DNA from: Octopus sinensis
Taxonomy: Eukaryota
DNA length: 64,000 nucleotides
NCBI RefSeq assembly: GCF_006345805.1
Contig: NC_042999.1
Span: 39,990,001-40,054,000, forward strand
Direction of reading: 5' to 3'
Shown here: positions 53,706-64,000 of the stretch, one piece after another
How the letters are laid out: each line of letters begins with the position of its first letter
How positions within the stretch are numbered: the first letter of the stretch is position 1
Translations under genes and position numbers: made by a program
Notes under the pieces: generated by a model
What the model was told of the DNA's origin: nothing
Seen by the model: the letters and a program-made list of their open reading frames with translations, nothing else
Databases searched by the model: none

Positions 53706-54733
53706 GACTATAAAGATGTAAAGGATGCAAAGTATGAAAGCGAATACTCTCAAAGCGAACGGAATAGATGCAACTACAACTTTAATACACGATTTCGTTT
53801 TACTTTCACGTTTCTTACTTAACAGAAAATATCACATCCTTATCTGATTATCAACGCATCATACTTTATTCTCTTAGATACTTACGTTCTTTTCCTTTTC
53901 CTTTGTATCATCAAAGCATCGTAACAGTTCAAATCACGAAAGAGTAATGAAAAGAAAAACTACACATAAATTCAGATTAAGATATATCCTTTCACATATA
54001 CAGAAACCCTATGAAGTATTCATAGCCTGAGTACGACGGTCTTTGAAATGTGATTTCATTGAAAACAAATATATTCTCCTTTAACTATTTTCAAAGGTAC
54101 TTCTGTATTGCCTGTGGTAAAAATATTGCTTTTGTTTTGAGCATGTGATCTCTCCATATAAACAAGTATCTCAAAAATATTAGTATTGCTATGAACTCAA
54201 TATTGAGGCCTGATGTTCCATGCTTAATTGATATGCAAATGAAAAGAAAGTCTAGAAGACGCAAAATAACATGTTACATTATAATGTATCTGCGCAGTTA
54301 GTTACAACGACAATAAGGACGAAAACAGTTATGGCGTTAATTCTTAATTCGAAGGTTATTATCTAATGATATATTTGTAGCTTTAACACCAAAGTCAGTG
54401 TTCTTCTTTTGTTATATGTATACTCGCTATAGTTCGACGTAGAATAACTACGCTGGTTAGGATGATTACAGATAAATGAGTACGTCTTCATTTTTTTCTC
54501 AGCGTAATGAAATTTGTGAGTTTAACTTACGAAAGTATGCATTTTACTGCCATGAAACGTTATCTAAAAATTGATAAATGCTTTTTAATGTATACGAATA
54601 CATATCTCGCTAAATAAGTAAAATTAAAAGTATGAAAACTTTAATGGACAGTTGTGTAAAATACATATACATACACATATATTTACACACATATACCTAT
54701 AAATGCACGCACTATATAAACACAAAGATACAT

Positions 54734-54815
<82 letters not shown>

Positions 54816-55043
54816 TACGATATTCCAGCGCTAAGCAGTGATGCTTATAAATACAAATTTGCTACCAGCAGATAAATACGCTTGAGACATTTTGGAACCC
54901 GTAGGAAATCCATTCACTATACTTTATCATAGAGAATATTTCTCACTCTAGACTCAATGCTATAAACGCGCCGAATCGTCTAGCAGTGCCCGCGAGCATT
55001 TCTGTTCGATGCATGAAGTTCGTCGTAGGTAGCTTGTTTTCAG

Positions 55044-55231
55044 CAACAGAGACCGGAAGCAGACCCTGCGAAATGGCATCAGAGACAGGTCCCTCTTATG
55101 GTATTTCCGTATGACAGGTTATACTATTTAGCAGCTGACCGTAAACAAGATAGCTTGAGTGGACTAAGCAGAGATATGAATAAAAACGAACCTGTTGCCA
55201 ATTCAAATATGCTTCAGGATTATTTGAATCT
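55044..55231 (+). CDS. Candidate coding exon (QQRPEADPAKWHQRQVPLMVFPYDRLYYLAADRKQDSLSGLSRDMNKNEPVANSNMLQDYLN)
   Basis: Acceptor AGCTTGTTTTCAG with an in-frame stop just upstream, 62 open codons, donor TCT|GTAAGA, phase 0 to 2. Confidence 0.5.
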
Positions 55232-55923
55232 GTAAGAATGCCATTCACTGTTTTTTCTCATGGTGAAATTTCTCACTGAAGACCGAAAGTTTTAAACACA
55301 CCTAGGAAGCCCGGAGAGCCACTACCCAGCTCATTGCATGCATTTCGCATCGTTATCTCTAGGAGTGCCCAATCATATTTCATAAACCATATCCAATAAA
55401 GTTCAAACTTTTGGGAATCGCAAGCCATGAACAAAAATTTAGATTGTTCTGATATTTGTAACTGTGTCTATATTCATGTCCTCCAACTTCGATTGATAAA
55501 GTAGGCACCAAATATGAAGAAAACTGGTACTGGGGTTGATATGATATGAATGGCTACTTTCAATGTGGTGTCTCAGCATGACCGTAATCCAACGACTGAA
55601 ACCAGTAACATGAAGGAATATGTTTTAATTGGTACCTAACGATTTCTTTAATTCTGCGATATTTATTGAAGAAAATATTTTTAAAATTTAAATTGATTTA
55701 ATTTTAGTTTATACATTAGACATTGTAGCGTATTTAATACAGTACTGAACTCCGGAAACACTTTAAAATAAACCCTGAGTGTTTGGATTTCAGTGCATCA
55801 AATTGCATTGCTCAACATAAAATTGAAAAGAAAATAAATTAAATTATATTAATTTATTTGGTTAAAACATTGAGGAAAATAAGCTACAAAACAAACCAAT
55901 AAAATTTGAGCTATTGAAATCAG

Positions 55924-55973
55924 ATCCTTACAAGTTCTTTATGACAAACAAAGGACACAGTATATATCAAGTT
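55924..55973 (+). CDS. Candidate coding exon (SLQVLYDKQRTQYISS in phase 2; a second frame is also open)
   Basis: Acceptor TTGAAATCAG, donor GTT|GTAAGG; phase-compatible with 55044-55231. Confidence 0.35.
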
Positions 55974-57424
55974 GTAAGGCCGCTATTTACTGCAAACAGA
56001 GACTTTCTGCTTTTCCATTTTGGCTATAAGTCGTTGGACATCTGGCTGACATGTCCTTATATGTGTACGAAATTACTCTGTCAGCTGTTCTCTATTTCAG
56101 AATATTTCATATCTGGAACTGGTTTACAAAACTAAATTGCAGACTGTGATTTATGGATTATGTTTAAGCACAATTCCTTCTGTAATTCCATTAGTTTTCT
56201 TTGCGGTGCAGATTAATCTACAGCTAGAAGTTTGAGGCCTGGACAGTCGTCAAAAGTTACATCTACCAGGAATGGATTTACAAGTAAGATGAAACATTTG
56301 TATTCTTCAAGATTGTATTCTTTTGTTTCTGTATCATGGATTGTATTGACACTCCTTCTGAGATTGGGAAAGTGGCTGAAGCGTCTTGACAATGCGGCTC
56401 TATACAAAGCTGTTATTTGACTCTGAACGCTGAAAACTGAGTAAGATCTTAATAAGATCCTTTGCGTATGAAGCTGAGAGTTTGTAGATTATTTTAACAT
56501 ATCAGTAAAGAACATCACATGTGATCACGTCCTCATTTTCCAGTTGCACACAACCTCATTTCTTTTTGTTTAAAGCAGGTGATAATAAGCCCGAGCAGGT
56601 CCTCTAACCTACTAAAAACGTTGGCGGTTGAAAACTATCACACGATGCAATAGAATGAATCTTATTATGGAGTAAAATGTATGAACTTTCTGTGTCTTCT
56701 CATTTAAATGTAATTCAGTTTCAGGGAAAGTTACATTATACATTCATACTTGAAGCACGTAGCTCTGACAAGGAGAAAATCTGGAAAAGTGGGATACCTT
56801 TTCATTACTATAATTAATACTACAGTTTTCTTATGATTGCAGGAGATTCATCTGTTACAACACTGATAAAATTATTCAGTGAAATACCAGCAGTTTTGAA
56901 GTCCCTGTGAGGCACATTTTTCGTCAACACTGCGAGTTTTTTTAATTCAATCAAATCGAAATTTTTTTCTCTCAAAAGTAACACAGAAGTAAAATAACGA
57001 ACGAATACTGGCAGATATATGATGTCTTACATGGAGGTTGATTCGTCGGTCGCTTAACAAAATGCAAGGAATAATATGATAAAACTGGCATTAGTCGATC
57101 TATCGGCCGAAATGCAAACTTTTCCAATTCTAACTTTAAATTTCTGGTTTCACCTTCATATTTCCGATTTTTTACAATTTGATGATGTCATCAACTGTCT
57201 CACTGACACATTTAAGTAAAAATTGTATCCAACATTTACCAGGTAGGCATTCTCAGTTGAACAACTTGTATTACACTATATTGATGTGTATGAAAAAGTG
57301 TGGTTGGGGCTAGACTTATAAGATTATCTGTGACGGGTCTCAAACTCGTCTGCGCCCTGCGCAACGTAAATGCTTAGTTTAACTCTCTTACTTATGAGTA
57401 TATATATTTATATGTATATATAAC

Positions 57425-57465
57425 TAATCTATATCTATCTATCTATCTATCTATATCTATATCTA

Positions 57466-57532
<67 letters not shown>

Positions 57533-57555
57533 TATCTATCTATCTATATATATAT
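57425..57555. repeat. (TATC)n microsatellite
   Basis: Direct reading. Confidence 0.97.
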
Positions 57556-58228
57556 AATCTGATGATTTTATGTAAGTCTTGCTGACCTTAAATTTCTTCT
57601 CTCCGTCCGCTCATGTTCTAAGCACCAACGAACAATGCCTCACTAAGTTTTAGCCTTTTAGTTTAGGATTTTCTCTACTTTATTGCGGTATTAAGAGGAA
57701 GGGGCTCCAGCATGAAAGAAAGTAATATATATTATTGAATTAGTAAAAGCTATGAATATTCTAAGTAGATAATGGAACAATGGCAATTGTGAAAAGAGAA
57801 ACACACATCAAAGAAGTGACATCAAATAAGTTTCCCTGTCTATTGTCTTTTTCAAGTATGATATTTTGGTAAAGCATGTAGAAAATGATATTCCACACAA
57901 AAACACAAAATGACACAGGATTATACACTTTTATGCATTCACCTGGTTACAAAATGCACAGGAAACATGGTAAAATTAAGAGTATAAAACTGAAGAGAAA
58001 ATGCTGAAATTAAAAAGCATATTACAATTTTATATTTGGATTTATTTCAAATAGTTAGGGGAAAGTAGTCACTCTTACCTCAAAAGAAAGAAAGTCTGTT
58101 TCCACGGCAATCCAATAAAGAATAATAAAAATTAATGCCTATTTTTCCCATTTCACCCTCACCCTATAAAATTAAGAGTTCCGAGCCACTTATTTCACGA
58201 TTCAAAAGTTGACCGACACTGTGTACGT

Positions 58229-58307
<79 letters not shown>

Positions 58308-58317
58308 CATATATATA

Positions 58318-58470
58318 CTAGCAATGCAGCCCGACGTTTTGCGGGTGTTATGACCTGCAGGCACATGTTATTATTTGTTCCTTTCCCATGGTTAAATCGA
58401 CACACGAGGAGTATGAAGCAAACAACTCTTCTTTATAAACATGCTTTTCGCTCATTTTTTTCATGAAGGA
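58318..58470 (-). mobile_element. Helitron 3' end, same family as 35700-36715
   Basis: Reverse complement AAGCATGTTTATAAAGAAGAGTTGTTTGCTTCA...GGAACAAATAA...GGTCATAACACCCGCAAAACGTCGGGCTGCATTGCTAG matches 36603-36715 and keeps the hairpin and CTAG. Confidence 0.8.
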
Positions 58471-58923
58471 AGCTACAGATTCCGTTTGCCACATGTAATC
58501 ATAAGACCGTTGTTGGCGTAGGGCTATACCAGAAAACACTTGCCCAAGGTATTATGCATCTGGTTGGGAAGCAAAATTCTCTACCACACAACCATTCCAG
58601 CACCTATTGTGTGTGCATGTGTATGTTTACATTTGTTGTTTAATCGAGTATTGTGCCCCACTATGTCTCAAATTTAGCAGCTCATCAAGCAGAGTCCTAT
58701 AAAATAAATACCAGACAGAAATACGTACTGAGGTCACTATGATGATTTAAATTTTTGAAAGTGATACCCCCATCATGGCGACAGTCGACAGACTGAATCT
58801 GGTAAGATAATATTTAAATAATAAATGGCTTAAAATTGAAGTTAATGGATTACTAAAAAGATAAAAAAACTTCAAAACATCGTATTGAACTTCCACCCTA
58901 TACAATCACACAATACGTACATT

Positions 58924-59224
58924 TTGTTTGTTCCTTCTCGAGCAATGACTGGCTCATAAGTGCCGGTTGCCCGGGTTCCTTGGCGTATAGGTTCCCCACC
59001 TGGACGGGACGCCGGTCCGTCGCAGGTGAGCTGCAAGATGCAGGACGAAAGAGTGATAGAAAGTTGTGGTGAAAGAGTCAGCAGAAGTTTGCCATTACCT
59101 TCTGCCGGAGCCGCGTGGAGCTTAGGTGTTTCGTTCATAAACACACACATCGCCAAGTCTGAGATTCGAACCCGAGATCCCTCGACCGTGAATCCGCTCT
59201 CTAACCGCTAGCCAAGGGGCCTCC
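58924..59224 (-). mobile_element. tRNA-derived SINE with V-domain-like segment, family E
   Basis: Reverse complement TGGCTAGCGGTTAGAG (A box), GGGTTCGAATCTC (B box), and CCTGCGACGGACCGGCGTCCCGTCCAGG, resembling the V-SINE central domain. Confidence 0.8.
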
Positions 59225-59836
59225 ACTATACGTACATTTCAGTCTTCTTGACTTGCAACAGTTAAGAATTATAATTTGAATGCTTAGCAGTAAGAAAGAT
59301 GGCGAGGTTTCTTAAAAAGATACTGTGCAAAATATTCTGAGAAAGAGTATTATTTTCAACACAACCAAACACACACATACACGCACAGGCGTCTCTGTAG
59401 TAAATTGAGTAGTAAATAGTAAATAGCAGCCAACAGTATTTCAGGAAAATCAATTGGTATGATGTTATGAGTCTGGCGGCTGTTTCTGTGAGACTCGAAA
59501 CTACTCCATAAAATTGGCAGATTTAATTCACAAAAATAAGCAACCAATAATGGTAGCAAATAAACATTGGATTAATCCAGAATCCGTCTTTAGAATGGAT
59601 GTATATATATATATATATACACACATAAATGTCATCTATCACTGCTGCCACTCCAGCTGTCAGCGCTAAAGAATACTGCCTCATCCAGGTTTAGCGTTAT
59701 TGTTTAAAATTCCTTTCTGTTACTTATTACTTTATTTACAGGAAGAGCCTCTGTCATGAAAAAAATAAATAAAGTATTGGATTAATAAACGATATCAATA
59801 TTATTCTAAGCAGATACTATATATATATATTATATT

Positions 59837-59940
<104 letters not shown>

Positions 59941-59970
59941 TACATCTACATACATACACACTAATATGTA

Positions 59971-60018
<48 letters not shown>

Positions 60019-60589
60019 GATAGGTAAGTATAGAGACAAATAGTTTAGATTAATTAAGTTTAAATGTGCATAAAAACCAAGCTGCTCTATTGTCTCATAT
60101 TTTTATCTTGGGAGATAAATTAATGCATGTGCACGCTATTTTAAATGTAAAAGGTGATCAAATGCCCAACGCGTTTGTAGAGTAAATCTTCATGTATACT
60201 ACATAGTCTTCCTGTTTTCTCCTTCAGGCAAATAGTGATTCGAGGTGGAAATGATCATCTGTCGGTGAGGTCGTAGCCAAACGATTATGGAATCTCTGTG
60301 ACATAAACAGAAAGCTACAAAATTTGCAGACAAAGGACTATTCAGAAGAGCGATGTAGTCAGAAGGATGGAGAATTGTAAAAACAAGGAAATAGGCGTTC
60401 AAAATGAACAACGCTGTGGAAAACCATCAACTGCAATGGCATGTACGGCTCACTTGCGAGTATAATTAGTTGAATTTTGGGCATACCTGATTGTTACTAC
60501 AGGAAATAGGAGTAGATTTTCGATCTTCTGTGATGTGATCTTTCAGTGTAGGGTCGCATATTGTCCTGATGAAATATCATTCCTTTTCG

Positions 60590-61477
60590 ATTCATTAAAG
60601 CAGATCTTTTTTCTTCAAAGCTTGTTTCAAACGTTCTAATTGCTGACAGTAGACTTGAACATTGATTGTTGCACTAGGTGGTAATAATTCAAAGTGAATT
60701 ACTCCTGTGTAAGCCCACCAGATAGAGAGAACCCTTTTACCATGAAGATTTCTTCTCGGTTGTGTTTGAGCATTTTCCCTTTTACCAAGCCACTGTTTAC
60801 GACGTTTAACATTTCGATAGGAGATCCATTTTTCGTCACTAGTCACAAGTCTATCCAAAAAGGGTGAATTGAGTTCGCGAGTCAATTGAGTTGCAATCAT
60901 GTCAACTCGGGATTTGCTGTTGCTTTCGGACAATTCATGAGGCACCCATTTTTCAAGTTTAGGAAACTTTCCATGTTGTTGAAGATGTCGATGAACAGTT
61001 GTATGATTTGAATTAAGCTTTATTGCCAATTCCTCAACTGAAAATGCAGGATTTTCTTCACGTAATGCCTCAAGGAGCTTATCATTAAACTCACTTGTAT
61101 GTCCTGTTCGGTCTTCAACTTCAAGGCTGAAATCTCCACTTCTGAATGTTGCAAACCATCTCCTGCAAGTTCTTTCATTCAAGCATTCTTTCCCATAAAC
61201 TGAGTGTATGTTTCGAGTCGCTTCGGCTGCAGGGTTTCCATTTTTGCACTCATAAAGCATTATGTGCCGTATATGCTCTTGGGATATTATGTTCGAAAGA
61301 TTTAAAATTAAAGAAATTTTAAATCTATTGTTCTCTAAAATAATATTCAATGAATTTAAATGTACACAAATGCATAAAAATAATTTTTAATTCCATTAGA
61401 CATACTAGAATACTATTAAGTTTCATTCAATTTTTAAAAATAGGTGAAATCGGACAGAACTTATGGGATGACTTCAT
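60590..61477 (-). mobile_element. Truncated mariner element with one TIR
   Basis: Reverse complement of 61445-61477 reads ATGAAGTCATCCCATAAGTTCTGTCCGATTTCA, a mariner-type TIR. No partner TIR is visible. Confidence 0.85.
60595..61350 (-). CDS. mariner (Mos1-like) transposase, C-terminally truncated
   Basis: HIRHIMLYECKNG, RTCRRWFATFRSGDFSLE, KWVPHELS, DRLVTSDEKWISY and IWWAYTGVIHFELLP...YCQQLERL. The third catalytic D region is missing, and the true start is probably downstream of 61350. Confidence 0.92.
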   Translation of the reverse strand: MNIILENNRFKISLILNLSNIISQEHIRHIMLYECKNGNPAAEATRNIHSVYGKECLNERTCRRWFATFRSGDFSLEVEDRTGHTSEFNDKLLEALREENPAFSVEELAIKLNSNHTTVHRHLQQHGKFPKLEKWVPHELSESNSKSRVDMIATQLTRELNSPFLDRLVTSDEKWISYRNVKRRKQWLGKRENAQTQPRRNLHGKRVLSIWWAYTGVIHFELLPPSATINVQVYCQQLERLKQALKKKDLL

Positions 61478-61834
61478 ATTTTAAATAGTATATGTGAAAC
61501 CTCGGATTAAGCTATGAAGGATCCGTTTCCATTCCAAAACATATACAGGATTCTATTGGTATGACCGAGCACTAGATATTCAGCATCCAACTATCCAAAC
61601 AGTGTCCCCTAATTGTTGCTAAGGATGGTTTTTGATTTGATTTTTGAAGCGTTGGTGAAATTTTAACCTAACCGAACTTTGACACCCAAATTGATAAGTG
61701 CAGAGCAGAAATTTTCTATTACACAAAATGAAGTTAGAAGTTTGCACTAAAAGAGTGTACGGTAGTAGATTCCGTTATCTTCGATATCCGTAGATACTCG
61801 TCAAATTCATAAAACACCTAACAACATTTGCAGT

Positions 61835-61908
<74 letters not shown>

Positions 61909-62003
61909 GGCGTGATGAGTGGCTGTATGTGTATAGATATATATATATATTATATATATTTATAGAAAAATAGAAATTGTAAGACAACATATTACATTTA
62001 TAG

Positions 62004-62035
<32 letters not shown>

Positions 62036-63299
62036 TTATATGTATGTATGTATGTATGTATGTATTAAGGATGGTATCACGCAATAAATTGGAAAGTGAA
62101 AATGCAATGGCTTACTTATTAACTTACCTTACACATACACACGCACACACACATACATATACGCACACACATTCACACACGCGCGCATACATATGCACGG
62201 ACGCCCACACATACGCATACACGCACATATACGACTTGTTTATGTATGTGTCTGTAAAAACACTGACTTATAAACGAAGATTCCTGCGATTATATCCATC
62301 TCGTCTGTATATTGCTATTTTTTTTTCCTTTTCTCCCGGTAAAGACTTCCTTCACACTTCATGTATTGTTCATTTGCTTATGGCACAGTTTTACAATTTC
62401 CTATTTGTAGCAACGGAGTCCTATTTATTAAGCGCATGGAATCAATTTCAGATATATGTGTTCTCTACGAAATCTGTTTGAAAAACATGCAAAAAAAAAA
62501 TCACAATAAAACGATTTTTTGGTACTTTAGATGCATATATTGAATGTACTAAAATGAGAGAATATCAGTAAAATATTTTGTCAGAACAATAATCCACTTC
62601 ATTGTATTTCAGCTTCGCCAGCGGACTAAGTTCAAAGAGTACTCTATCTGAAAAATTTTTCTTATAATATACAGAGGTTATCGAGTTTTTAATATTAATA
62701 TAACTATAATGGTATGTGAAATAAGAATAAAAATGCATATAAAACTTATATTTTCCATCTCATTTTTTGCTAAGTATTATGTATGTTTTCCTTCATATAG
62801 AATAGTTGTTTTTATTTTTAGTATATGCTTGTATTTTATTCCAATATTACTATATTACTCGTATAGCTATATTACCAGGCTTCATATGAGAATATCCAAA
62901 TTAATATTGGATAATTAGAAGATGGGGAGAGGAGGGAATTAAAATCATATGTTTTGTTATTTCCCTTATGTTTTTCCTCATCCGCAAATTATTAAAAACA
63001 AAAAAAAAAGTTGTTTATTTATTTTACAAGATAATTATGTATAAACGGGAAAAAAATATTAAAAGAAAACAAACAAAACAAATCAGACGAGCCATTAATC
63101 AGATGCTACCCACCAGCAAAAGGTCAGATCTCAGTGGTGCAAATTAATTCAGCGATTTATAGATAACAGATGGTTGTTGATAGTATGTCTAAACTGTTGG
63201 TGTTATTGATAATTTAGAAAATTAATTCTGCTTAAATACACTCACGCAAGTAAACGTCTAATCACACATATGCTCATCACATATTCACAGATGCACGCT

Positions 63300-63336
63300 A
63301 TTCCGTCTCGCGCGCTACACACACACACACACACAC

Positions 63337-63405
<69 letters not shown>

Positions 63406-63620
63406 TATATATACATATACACGCACAGATATATGTACATATATGCATTTATACATATACATATACACGCAGATATGTGTAAACATATATGTATATATAT
63501 ATGCACACATATATATATACACAGATATATATATATATATGTGTGTGTGTGTGTATATATATATTTGTGTGTGTGTGTATGTGTTTGTGTGTGTGTGTAT
63601 ACATACATACATCATATGTA
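63300..63620. repeat. Compound (CA)n/(TA)n/(TG)n microsatellite
   Basis: Direct reading; representative of dozens of similar arrays across the window. Confidence 0.95.
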
Positions 63621-64000
63621 TATTGTGCTGGTGTGTATAAGTGTACGTGCTCTGGGGGCTGTAACATTCTAAGTGTGAATACTTCTCATACTAATTATTA
63701 CATCCAATATGTCGCTTACCCCTCCGAGTATTAGCTTCTGATTACACTCGCTAATACACATTCATATATACATCATACACATGCATATACAGTACACTCA
63801 GAAATATCCTCATATAAATTTTGAAAGACATACCATAAACATATTGATTTTTTTTTCCAATGGAAATATTGATACTTTCATACTACGTAGGTTTATTCGT
63901 TCACTCCTCAAATATAGAGTCTTGTGTTCGAATTAAAATCCTAGAATCTTTATTGGATTTATTTTACCAGTTCGTGGAATCGGCTAACACGTTGGGACAC

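Overview
This is a eukaryotic, very AT-rich and repeat-dense window. The SINE families and the density of (TA)n, (TG)n, (GATA)n and (AAT)n arrays point to a coleoid cephalopod, most likely Octopus (inference from recognised repeats, not a database hit). No CRISPR array, rRNA or true tRNA gene is visible, and most ORFs in the supplied track are microsatellite artefacts. The window holds at least five SINE-like families, decayed Tc1 and mariner transposons, two TA-flanked MITEs and Helitron remnants. It also holds non-LTR fragments of the RTE, CR1/L2, Penelope, R4/Dong, HERO and L1/Tx1-like groups. Between the repeats are short candidate + strand exons of a gene I cannot identify; three of them (17646-22568) chain in the only open reading phases. 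One strong candidate exon lies on the - strand. The most notable structures are elements that appear to target (AAT)n arrays, a SINE carrying and re-inserting into its own microsatellite, and a tandem SINE trimer. Others are a SINE/CR1 chimera, two fold-back inversions at transposon ends, an inverted SINE pair that could be an ADAR substrate, a decayed hammerhead-like fold in a Penelope remnant, and a broken exon. I found no clearly new biological system. Everything was read by eye, so element boundaries are approximate.
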